This document shows, one piece after another, positions 10,274 to 20,716 of a stretch of DNA of 21,410 nt. Source of the stretch: Peribolospora baueri (Eukaryota); assembly GCA_029717555.1 (NCBI GenBank), contig JAMDHS010000088.1:62001-83410 (forward strand), given 5' to 3'. Made by a program: the position numbers and the translations under genes. Below the pieces are notes generated by a model that was given only the letters and a program-made list of their open reading frames with translations, searched no databases and was not told the DNA's origin. Numbering within the stretch: position 1 is the first letter of the stretch; each line of letters opens with the position of its first letter.

Positions 10274-11507
10274 TCACAGAAAGTAGTCCGGTGCTGGTCT
10301 CTTTGCCGGTACCCCGCGAGCGTCCTGAGTGTGAGGAAGAAAAAACGAGAAACACGATACGATGCGAGTGAACGGAGAGGCCACCGACGACGGACGGGCG
10401 ACGGACGACTCACGTGTGGTGCGGCGTCAAAGACAGTGTACTTTTGATTCAAGCCGCTGTCGAGCTGGAGGATGCTCGCCACGTTGCCGCACCGGTAGCA
10501 GTAGTTGGGCGCGGACCAGACGGTGACGATGGTATCGTCGAACATGAGCCTGTAACCCTCTAGGACGAGCTGGTGTGCGCGGGCGATGAGGTCGAGGTCA
10601 TTCATGTGGGAGAACTGCTTCACCACGTTGGCGCCGAAGAGGAAACCGGCCCCTCGCGGCGACACGCCCCAGCCCTGGACATCGCCTGGCAAAAAGGCGC
10701 GACGGAATGACAAGAAGGAAAGGGTGGGCGCGGGAAGCGGAGGCAACGGGTCGGCTCGGTGGCTCACCTTCAGGATCGGACCATAGCAAATCACACATGG
10801 TGCCGTCGTGCGGCACCTCTTGTTTTCGGTCTATTGATCGGATCTCGTCCAACGACGTAATGTTCGGACTCAAGCCTCCATGGACGCAAAACACCCTTCC
10901 GTCGACGACGGCGCCGAGAGCGAGGTAGTCGAACACCTCGCAGCAGTACCTCCAAACGTTCACGCTGCCGTACTTGCGCTGGCACTCGTCGAAGAAGCCG
11001 TAGACCTGGGTGATTTGTCGGCTCTCGTGGTTGCCTCGGATGAGGGTGATGCGGTCCGGGTAGCGAACTTTGAAGGCGAGGAGGAGGAGGAAGGTCTCTA
11101 CGCTGTAGAATCCTCGGTCGACAAAGTCGCCTGGGAGGAGAGTACGGCGAGGGAGTGAGCAGGGCATGAAATCGAGCAAAAACAACAAAGGCTGCGCCTG
11201 GCACTCACCCATGAAGAGGTAATTCGTGTCGGGACACATGCCTCCGTGGCGAAAGAGCTCGAGGAGATCAAAGAACTGTCCGTGTATGTCACCGCAGATG
11301 GTGACGGGGGCGTCGACATGCTGGACGTTGCCCTCCTCGACGAGGATCTCGCGGGCCTTGAGGCAGAGCTCCTTGACCTCTTCCTCGGTGATGGGCTCGC
11401 AGCGCTTGAGTTGCTCGATTTGTCTGGAGAGGGAGGGAGGAAGACGTGAGCGGTGGGTCATCTTCTTTCGCGCAGGGGCCGACTCACCGATCGAGATCGC
11501 TCGGCAT
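10274..11507 (-). CDS. PPH3: Serine/threonine protein phosphatase 4 catalytic subunit (PPP4C/Pph3). Exons 11507-11488, 11423-11209, 11130-10768, 10685-10414, 10324-10274
   Basis: The protein starts [16 protein letters not shown] and has the PPP motifs [35 protein letters not shown] and [14 protein letters not shown]. It ends [11 protein letters not shown]. The N-terminus and GFYSVETF are typical of PP4 rather than PP2A or Sit4. Confidence 0.95.
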
Positions 11508-12519
11508 GCTTCGGACCAATTTTTCGGTATGGCAGGCAGGTCGAGTGTGGTGAGGGTTGCGTGTCTAAGATGTGTACTTGTACTTATGCTCGCGCTTGTG
11601 CTTGTGCTTGTGCTTGCTTCTACTTGCACGAGCTGGCTGAGGAAAGGGAGTGAGCAGTGGAGGGGTATCGAGAGCGAGAGAGGTGGGTGGTGGTGAAGAA
11701 GGTGGACGATGGGATGGATGGTGATGGTGATTGGACGGCTGGCGGCGGTGAAGGAATGACGATGGCGACTGCGACGTCGCGTGAAGCGAAGCGTGATCGA
11801 CGGCGGGGTCGAAGCGGAAGCGCGTCGCGGGTGCTGGCCGGATGTGGCGGGGTTAGCTGTAAGGTGAGAGGGCGCCCATCTTCTTTTCTCTTCCACCCAT
11901 CCCTCCATCAGACAGCAAGGAAGCAAGAACCAAGAACCAAGGGAGGTCGTGTGTCTCCCTCCTCTGCCAGTGTTCGCTCGTGGCCCTTTTTTCCCTGCTT
12001 CTCGCTTCCTTTCGCCCCGTTGGCCACCCCGAACCCATCCAGCAGGCCGCCGGTCGGGTCGGTCTGCGTGGATCACTCAGCGACGATAGACTCGGTCACG
12101 TTGTCCGTGCCAAGCTTGGCTCGTAGGTAGAGACTGGGCGCGGTGCCAAGGCATCGGGTTCGGGTCGTTGCGGACGGAGAGAGGGGCGTATACCCATATA
12201 CCCATACACACACACACACGCGCATACATGTATGCATGCGTTGCATACTCTCTACACCGCATCTTTGCTCCCCTCGCACACGGGCGCCGTGCGACATCGC
12301 TGGTGCGTCCAGCTAGCCAGCTAGTTAGCTAGTTGTCTAGCCAGTGTCGGCCCGCCGAGGAGACTTGTGGGTGCAGGCCAGCGACATGTAGACGTTGTGG
12401 ACGTCGAGGGGCGCGGGTGAATGAACAAAGGCGGCGTGTCCTTCTTCGCTCGAGATGGGGAGCGTCGGAGGAGGAGCGGTCGCCCTTGCCTATGCGCTCT
12501 GCCCTCTCGAGTCGGCAGT

Positions 12520-12563
12520 CGTTCGTTCGTTCGTTCGTTCGTTCGTTCGTTCGTTCGTTCGTT
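12520..12563. repeat. (CGTT)11 tetranucleotide microsatellite in the divergent PPH3/NRG1 intergenic region
   Basis: Read directly from the sequence. Confidence 0.95.
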
Positions 12564-13290
12564 TCGTTCGATCCATTCGTGGCCCTGATCGGCTGTCGAG
12601 CACATGGGGAAGTCGCTGCTGTCGCCTGCCCCTCCTCGCTTGCAACCTAGAACCATGACCCGGAAAAAGGCGGTGACGTAGGTGGGCCGGTGAACCCTTC
12701 CTTGGTCACGCTGATGATCAGCACCCGCTGCAGGCTCCGAAGGGAGGCCGGCTTCGGCTCTTAACTAAGAGACGATGTAGAGGCGTGTGCGTCGCGTCGG
12801 CTTGACCGAACAGGGCGAGGTGAGGTGATGATGTAATGTGATGTGACGATGTCAAGCCATGTGCCTATTATCGCTTCTCGTTCCTGGCGATGCAATTCGT
12901 ATCCACAACCACGCGTTCTCGCTGGTGGCAGAGGAAGGGACACGCGGCGGTGGCCGTCGTTGTCGGTGTCCACGACCGGCGACCGACCGGATCGGATCGG
13001 ATCGCATCGCATCACCATTGCCATTGCCATTGCCATCACCCGTCACCCATCGCCGGCATCGCATCGTCTTACCTCCTCCCGGATCAGTCCCCCTCGGATC
13101 GCGCTGCTGGACGGAAACGGACCATGTGAACGAAGGCACGAAGGCGGTCCCTTCCATCTCCACTCCCTGACTATCCTTCCCCTCCCCGCTCTCAAGAGGC
13201 CGCTCGCTCGTCCTCGTCTCTTCTCCGCCCCCTCCTCGTCCTCCCTCCCCCACTCCACCGCCATCCCTCCACCTCCCCCGCCTCGCTCCC

Positions 13291-14688
13291 ATGTCTCTCA
13301 AGGTCAGGAGCGCCTCCGGCCAGATCGTCTCCATCCTCAACGACGATCGAGATCGACGAGCCGCTGGAGTCCCAGGCCCTGTGCAAGGCCATCGTCGCTA
13401 CCAGTGCGCCCCAAGGACAGCGGGACGCTCCTCCACCTCTTCTCCTTTCTCCACCTTGACCACAGATCCACCAGCGCAAGCCTGTCCCAAGAAGAGGTAC
13501 GCTTGCACCCACCCGGGATGCCCCAAGACCTTTTCCACCAGTGGCCACGCCGCCAGGCACAATCGCATCCACACCGGTCGAAAACCGTATAGATGCACCT
13601 TTCCAGGCTGCCACGCCCGCTTCTCCCGACAGGACAACAGCTTTCAGCACTACCGCACCCACCTCCTTGGGCCCAGGACGAGGAGGCGCGCCTCGTCCGC
13701 CGCCTCCGCCTCGTTCCACTCTGTCGATCCCCATCACAATCCCTCCCTGCTCGCTCGTGAGGCACTCGCCAGAGGCACCGCCATCATGGTCGTCCACAGC
13801 GACGATGACGACGACGACGACGACGACGACGACGGCAGCGGGGCGGCCGCCTTCCGACGTCTCTCCGCTCCGAGGGTTCAACGTGCGACTTTGGAACCGT
13901 CGTCGTCGTCGACATTGGCGCGCCCGCCTTTGTGGATGAACGACGCCGGGGTCGACTCGCAACCTGACCATACAAGAGGTCGGAGGAGCCACTCTCTCCA
14001 CCTCCCCTCCAACGGCGGCCATCTCAGACCGGACGTGCCCCCAGCGCGCTCGCTCTACGCCCACGACAGCGGCTTCATCCTCGGTCAGGAGGCCAGTCCG
14101 ACTTATAGCCCCATCTCACGCCCACATTCCCTCGTCGAGTGCGGTGGCCGCCTGCCGTCCGCGACGACCTTGCCTTCTCTGTCTTCTCTTTCGCTCTACG
14201 GCCTTGCCAACGCTTCGGCCGACGCCGCCGGCGGCATGTTCCCTCCCATCGGCACTTTTTCGCAGAGCCTACCGTCTCCTTTGCTTCGACTTGGCCAGCC
14301 CGCTCCGAGGTCGTCGCCCTCTCTGTCCTCCTCTTCGCTGTCCGCCAGCTCGACGCCGTGGACGTCGCCTTCGCAGCCTTCGTCGCCCGTCCCGCAATCC
14401 TTCTACTACACTAGCGTTACCGCCATCCCATCGGACCGCCACCGCTCCTCGTCCAGCTCGGCGTCGCGTCCTCGCTCTGAGTGCTTCTCCGCCCCCTTGG
14501 CGCCACCGCCACCGCCCTTCGCCATGCCCCCGCCGCGCGCCCGTTCGCTCCGCAAGCATCCCCAACGGCCGCCATTTCCGTCCTCTCCACCGCCGTTGTC
14601 CTTGGAGACGGATGGCCTCCTCACGTGGATCTGCGCAGGCGCGAGCCAGCTCTCGCCCGTGCCAGAGGCGCACCCGGACACCGTGTGA
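13291..14688 (+). CDS. NRG1: Intronless two-finger C2H2 transcription factor, Nrg1-like repressor (465 aa)
   Basis: YACTHPGCPKTFSTSGHAARHNRIHTGRKPYRCTFPGCHARFSRQDNSFQHYRTH matches the Nrg1/Nrg2 finger pair (TSGH.ARH.RIHTG..FSR.DN..QHYRTH). The ATG follows a CT-rich leader. The rest is Ser/Pro-rich low complexity. Strict orthology versus paralogy cannot be decided here. Confidence 0.85.
   Translation: MSLKVRSASGQIVSILNDDRDRRAAGVPGPVQGHRRYQCAPRTAGRSSTSSPFSTLTTDPPAQACPKKRYACTHPGCPKTFSTSGHAARHNRIHTGRKPYRCTFPGCHARFSRQDNSFQHYRTHLLGPRTRRRASSAASASFHSVDPHHNPSLLAREALARGTAIMVVHSDDDDDDDDDDDGSGAAAFRRLSAPRVQRATLEPSSSSTLARPPLWMNDAGVDSQPDHTRGRRSHSLHLPSNGGHLRPDVPPARSLYAHDSGFILGQEASPTYSPISRPHSLVECGGRLPSATTLPSLSSLSLYGLANASADAAGGMFPPIGTFSQSLPSPLLRLGQPAPRSSPSLSSSSLSASSTPWTSPSQPSSPVPQSFYYTSVTAIPSDRHRSSSSSASRPRSECFSAPLAPPPPPFAMPPPRARSLRKHPQRPPFPSSPPPLSLETDGLLTWICAGASQLSPVPEAHPDTV
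13801..13833 (+). repeat. (GAC)n coding microsatellite giving an 11-residue poly-Asp tract in the Nrg1-like protein
   Basis: gacgat followed by (gac)9, in frame. Confidence 0.95.
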
Positions 14689-15256
14689 GGCATTAGGGCA
14701 TGGCCGGACGAAGGACGGATAAGGCCTTTGTCGAGGACCGGACGAAAGGAAAGAATAAGGAAATTGAGCGGGGCGAGGCGCAGCGCGAAGAGTGGATTGC
14801 ACTGCGCCTCGTCCCCGCTTTGCTCTCGTTTTTCTTTTTTTCCCTTCTTTCTTTCGTCCAGCCCTCGGCGTTTCGCTTGCTGCTCCCTGCCCTTGCGTCT
14901 CTTTTATGCGTCCCATCCCAGCCCAGCCCAGCCATTCTAAGACTTATTTAGTCCACTGTAAACCGCTCTCGTCCCCGCTCGCCGGTTGTACAAATCATGT
15001 ATGTATGTACAATCGTGTCGTGTCGTGTTCGTCGTCCGTCCGTTCCCGTTCCTGTTCCCGTTCGTCGTCTCCTCGTCGTGTACTTCGTAAGTCTCCCCTC
15101 CCCGTCTCGCCCGCGCCTGGCCTCCGTATCTCGTCTCGTCTCTGTCTGTTCTGTCGTCGCGCCTCGCTTTCCAACGAATCGATTGTGCAAATAAAATAGC
15201 CTGCGAGAGGTCCAGTTCTGATCGCACAAGGCCTCTCAACACGCGGCTTTCTTGAC

Positions 15257-15520
15257 GATAGAACTGGAGGTGGTTCTACTATAAATCCTCCAAATACACT
15301 TCATTCTTATATTAATTCTTGGACTACTTCAAGACATGGATTAACATTAGAGATGCGAACTATTGGGGGAGGTTTTGATAATTATTATTTTCTATCTGGT
15401 CCTAAAGTACCTAATTATCTTAATATATTTATTGATCTTCATCCAAAGATAATATTAGATGCTAAATCTAGTTTTATTTTAAATTGTTTTACAGAGTTCC
15501 ATGTTCGTACTCTTGATCGA
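15257..15520 (+). pseudogene. AT-rich foreign coding fragment of unknown donor (NUMT, plasmid/virus-like element or endogenous viral element); boundaries approximate
   Basis: My hand count gives ~29% GC over 15261-15500 (70/240) against visibly GC-rich flanks. The frame is stop-free from 15200 to 15559, and 72 of 78 codons in 15263-15496 end in A/T, none in C. Confidence 0.75.
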
Positions 15521-16415
15521 TGGACGGACAAGAGACTGGACCGATCGGATCGCGTGTAAGATGAACGTTAAACCATTCAACTAATCCCCTATGAATAGAT
15601 GGACGGTTAAGCGCGACTCGGCGTCGGACATAGCCGGACGACGGCCGACGGCGGCGTGGGCCGTCCCCGCGCACGCGAACGAACAGTTCGTCTGGCGAGA
15701 CACGACGGAAGCCGGGAACGACAAGACGGCTCGGTGGGTCAGCCGACGACGACGACGACGACCACCACCACCACCATCACCAACCTCGTCCAGACAGACC
15801 ACACCACACCACACCACGTCACTCCATCTGCTCTCGCTCCGACTCGGCAGCCACATAGACAAGACAAGACGGCGCAAGCCACGCTGACGCTGCGTCAGAT
15901 CAGATCACATCGCACGGACGGACGACTGCTCTTCCCTCTTTCTTTCCTCCCTTACCGCCCTCTCCGCTCTTCCTGCCTTGCCCGCCCTGCCTGCCTCGCC
16001 TGCCCTCCAGTTGCCTCGGACCGACGACAGACAGACGGACGAACGGACGGACGGACCAGCTCGCACGTCCAGGAGAGCTAGCTAGCTAGTTAGATAATTA
16101 ACTGATCTACAAAGGACACGTCGACAGGCCGACACAGATCGAACGAACGGCCCGTCGCTATCCCCCTATCCGTCTCATCGCCTTCGCCCGCCCACCTACC
16201 TACCTACCTGCATACCTGCATTGTCTGCCTTGCCCGCGCTTCTCTCCCAACCGACCACCGACCACCAGTCGACCTGGCGACCTCCCCAATCCCCCACTCT
16301 CTTTTCCTTCTCGCATATCCCATCCGAACTCGAACTCGAACTCGCACCGCTTGCTTGATTGATTGATTGGTCGATCGGTCGATCGATCAATTGACCGACA
16401 GACGGACCGCCTGCG

Positions 16416-19400
16416 ATGGCGAACACGAGCATGCGGGGCCTCACCCAGGTACGAGAAGCTCGGCTCGGCTCGGGAGACGGGAGACGGGTGCCGCCCTTCC
16501 TAGTGCTCACGCTTGCCTCTCTTATTCTTTCTTTTCCCTTTTCCATCATTTTAAAAAGTACATCGCCGACCTCCGCGCGTGCAGGGTGAGGGAGCTGGAG
16601 GAGAAGCGAATCAATCGGGAAATGGCACACATCCGCCAGAAGTTCAAGGGTGAGTTCATAGTTTGTATCTTAGTTGACCTCGGGCGGAGGGAGACGGTCG
16701 GACGAGCACGCATGCTTTCTTCGGTAGACTTTGTTCGCTTCCAAGCTCACGGCAATACGCACATATTCTCTCTCTTGACCGCCCAGAGGCGAACCTGGAC
16801 GGATACCAGAAGAAAAAGTATCTCGCCAAGATCATCTTTACCTACATTCTCGGCTATCAGGTCGATATTGGACACATGGAGGCCGTCAACTTGATTTCCA
16901 GTCAGAAATACTCAGAAAAACAGATCGTACGTTTCTCCCTCCTCTGTCCGCACGCTCCAGGCCGACCGATTGACCCTCCCGCTCCGTTCGCGCATCCGTT
17001 TTCCAGGGCTATCTCGCCCTTACCCTCCTCATGCACGAGAACAGCGATATAGTCCGACTCGTGGTCAACTCGATACGAAAGGACCTGGACGACATGAACG
17101 AGGTCAACAACTGCCTCGCCCTCCACGCCATCGCCAACATCGGCGGAAGGGAAATGGCAGAGTCGCTTGCTGACGACGTCCACCGATTGCTGATCAGCCC
17201 GTGAGTTGGTTCACCGTCAGCGGATCCCGGCCGACAGGCTAACGCCCATATCCTTCCTTTTTTATTGGCCGCGCAGGACGTCTCGAACGTTCGTCAAAAA
17301 GAAGGCCGCACTCACCAGCCTTCGTCTGTACCGGAAGCACCCTGATGTCATTCCGGCCGAGGAGTGGGCTTTGCGTATCGTGTCGATCATGGACGATCAG
17401 GACTTGGTGAGTCAATGTCGGTTCCGCTCTCGTACCGTGCCGGTCGTTCCGAGCTCACGCCGCCCGCTCCTCCCCTCCGTCAACGACAGGGCGTGTGCTT
17501 GGCGGTCACGAGTCTGGTCATGACTCTGGCCCAAGACCACCTGGACGCTTACGCCGTTTGTTACCAAAAGGCGGTCAATCGGTTGAATAAGGTGAGTGCC
17601 ATCCGTCCGCGGCGTGTCGTACGATTTCCTTCGGGCTTGCCATCGACGACGCCGAGGTTTTGGTCGTTCGATTTGCAGATCGTCATCGAAGAGGACTACA
17701 CAGTGGATTACCTCTACTACAAGATCCCGAACCCCTGGCTGCAGGTCAAGCTGCTCCGATTGCTCCAATACTACCCTCCGTCCGGTGAGCGCCGCGTGGG
17801 CTTCTGTTTCGTGCCCGTGCCGTTATGAGCGCGTCGCTGACCCTTTCTTTTGAGGGGGGTTTGACTCGTTCAGATGACCCGACGAATAAGATGATTTTGC
17901 ACAACGTGTTGCAGACCATCCTTACCAACTCGCAGGACACGCCGAAGAACGTCCAACACAACAACGCCCAAAACGCGGTGTTGTTCGAAGCGATCAACTT
18001 GGCCATCCACCTCGACGCCGGGAGCACCATCGTCGAGCACGCAGCGAGGTTGCTTGGCCGCTTCATCCTGTCCCGGGAGACGAACGTGCGATATCTCGGC
18101 TTGGACACGATGGCTCACTTGGCGGCCTGCACCGACTCGCTCGAATCGATCAAGAAGCACCAGGACACCATCATCCTCTCCCTTCGCGACAAGGACATCT
18201 CGGTCCGACGACGAGGACTCGATCTGCTGTACAGCATGTGCGACGTCACCAACGCCAAAGTCATCGTGGGCGAGCTGCTCAAGTACCTCCAGGTGGCCGA
18301 TTACGCCCTGCGCGAGGAGATGGTCCTCAAGATTGCCATCCTTACCGAAAAGTTTGCGACCGAGTACGAATGGTACGTCGACACCATCTTGCAGCTCATT
18401 AGCACGGCGGGCGACCACGTCGGCGAGGAGGTTTGGTATCGCATCGTCCAGATCGTCACCAACACGGAGGAACTGCAAGAGTATGCCGCTGGCAAGGTTT
18501 TCGACTATCTCCGCCGTCAGACTTGTCACGAGATCATGATCAAACTCAGGTGAGCGTCGTCCTTTCTCGTTCCTCCTCTATCAGCTACTACTGGCTGGTT
18601 AACCGACTTGACCGTCGCTTCTCGGTCTCGGTCTGTCTCGAGCAGCGCGTACATCCTCGGCGAGTTCGGCCATCTCATCGCCAATAACCCGGGTTCGAGC
18701 CCGATCGAGCAATTCCACGCTTTGCACTCCAAATCGCATCTCTGCTCGTCTGCGACGCGCGCCATCCTCCTCTCCACGTACATCAAGTGGGTCAACATCT
18801 TCCCGGAGATCAAGGACCGGATCCTCTACGTCTTCGACCGGTATCGGCACGTCCTCGACGCCGAGCTCCAGCAGCGAGCTTGTGAATACGCGGCCGTGGC
18901 GAAGATGGCCGACGACGAGTTGCTGGCCACCATGTGCGAGGAAATGCCGGCTTTCCCAGAGCGGGAGAGCGCGATCCTGAGCCGACTTAACAGGAAGCAC
19001 GGCGATACGGAGGACAAGCGTACGTGGATCATCGGCGGCAAGGACGTCAACAAGTCACAAGACGCGGTGAGGTTCAAGAGCATGCGCAAGACCACGCTCC
19101 CCGATATGGCGGCGCCGCGGTCTCCGGCCGAGGTGCCGCCGCCGCTGCCGTCGCCGCGACCACCGGGCGCAAATGGCGGTACGGCGAACGGCAATGGCAG
19201 CGCCACGGACGATATCATGGCCGGATTGATGGGGCTCGACATGTCCGCGCCCGCTCTGTCTCCCACGGCGACGGCGACGGCAAGTGGCGGCGACGGAAAG
19301 CCGGCGGTGATGGTATCGCCTGCGCCGTCGCCTTCCGTGAACGGAGCGTTCCCCGGCCCGCCGCCTATAACGCACGGCATGGAGAAGTACTACCAGCGAC

Positions 19401-20240
19401 TGTGCTTCAACTCGGAAGGCGTGTTGTTCGAAGATTCCCAGCTACAGATCGGCATGAAGTCGGAGTACCACGGGCACCACGGTCGGATCGCGCTGTACTT
19501 GGGCAACAAGATCACTGCCACTTTCACCTCGTTCACCGCGACGATCGACGTGCCGAACTCGCATGCGCTCAGCATCACCTTCCCGAAGATCCCCACGACG
19601 ACGATCAGTGGCATGACGCAGATACAGCAGATCGTGCAGGTGGAATGCAAGGACTTTTTCACCGCCGACCCTTCGCCGGTGCTGAGCGTCAGCTACCTCG
19701 CCGGCTCTCACCAGACCATCAGCCTCCGCCTTCCCGTCGTCCTATCCAAGTTTATCGAGCCCGTCACCTTGACGCCCGCCGACTTTTTCGAGAGGTGGAA
19801 GCAGATCGGCGGCGCGCCGTTGGAGGCGCAGGCCATCTTCCCTATCCGCCTCAAGGGCGGAGAGGTGGACACGGTCCGGAATCGCAGGGTGATCGCCGGC
19901 TGTCGGCTCCAGGTGCTCGAAGGCATCGACCCGAACCCGATTAACCTCGTTGGCGCCGGCGTGCTCCACATGAGCACCGCCGGTAAGGTGGGATGCTTGG
20001 TGCGGTTCGAGCCCAACAAGGAGGCAAAGGTGCGTCTTTCTTTCTTTTCTTTCCGCCTCCACGGCTCAAGGCGCTTGGGAATAATCTCAACTCGCGTTCG
20101 CGTGCTGATCGTCGTCGTCGCCCGTCCGCTCCGCTCCGCAGCTCTGTCGAGTGACGGTCCGTACGACAAACGACGCCGTCTCCCAGGAGCTGCTCGACGC
20201 CATCCGCACGCCGCTCAGCCCAGAGACCATGGCCACTTGA
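16416..20240 (+). CDS. APL3: AP-2 adaptor complex alpha subunit (alpha-adaptin). Exons 16416-16448, 16559-16649, 16787-16926, 17007-17200, 17277-17406, 17490-17591, 17679-17784, 17874-18549, 18646-20029, 20142-20240
   Basis: The N-terminus reads MANTSMRGLTQYIADLRACRVRELEEKRINREMAHIRQKFK..LDGYQKKKY..KYSEKQIGYL. It continues with YYKIPNPWLQVKLLRLLQYY, VQHNNAQNAVLFEAI and ELQQRACEY, a Pro-rich hinge, and the appendage domain (GVLFEDSQLQIG..FFERWKQI..LEGIDPNPINLVGAG..GCLVRFEPN|LCRVTVRTT). Nine GT-AG introns keep the frame. Confidence 0.96.
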
Positions 20241-20680
20241 CCGACTTCACCGCGTTTTCCAACTTTTTTTTTTTCTTTCTTTTTCCTTCTTCTCCTTTTC
20301 TTCCTTTTCGTAACCTCTCGCGCAATGCCGAACCTGCACTTTCCGCCTCGTCCGCCTTATCGTGGCTATTACTTGCCTTATTGTATACCATCACGGAGTA
20401 CGGGACAGACACATCTATTCAATTCCGCCACGTTTCACATTGTGACCTTGACTCAGTTTTGCCCGTTCGTTCGTTCGCTCAAGGTGAAGGAAGCTTTCAC
20501 GGCACCTTTGTGAATCTAGTGATCCGATCCGCTCACTCCTTTCTCGACAATCCACACAAACTCTTTGCTGGCGTGGTTCACCCCAGAGTCACGTGGAGTA
20601 TGGACGAACGACACATAAACTCTGGTTGGGTATGAGAGAAGGACAGAGAGAGTAGAAAGAGTGCGTTGGGGGGAAAGGCA

Positions 20681-20716
20681 CTACCACTACCACTACCACT
20701 ACTACTACTACTACTA
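20681..20716 (-). repeat. (TAG)6 then (TGGTAG)3 microsatellite starting at the stop codon of the last gene
   Basis: The + strand reads cta cca cta cca cta cca (cta)6. Confidence 0.9.

Noticed and set aside
10598..12076. 492-aa ORF suggesting a long N-terminal extension on PP4
   Set aside because: It reads through introns and leader DNA. The conserved PP4 N-terminus (MPSDLDR) starts at ATG 11507 in a different frame and joins via a canonical 64-nt intron.
12870..12880. ATCGCTTCTCG, matching the 5' end of U2 snRNA
   Set aside because: The match ends after 11 nt, and no GTGTAGTA branch-recognition sequence or Sm site follows.
15257..15520. RIP-degraded transposon as the explanation for the AT-rich island
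   Set aside because: RIP-type C-to-T mutation creates many stops and ignores codon position, whereas this frame is open with the bias concentrated at third positions.
473..20169. Many long antisense or alternate-frame ORFs (e.g. 473-1144, 6618-7493, 13192-14064, 17870-18529, 19024-19944)
   Set aside because: They are shadows of GC-rich coding sequence with no recognisable domains.
20030..20635. Long hydrophobic C-terminal extension of alpha-adaptin in ORF 18608..20635
   Set aside because: It comes from reading through intron 20030-20141. The spliced exon gives the conserved LCRVTVRTT ending with a stop at 20240.
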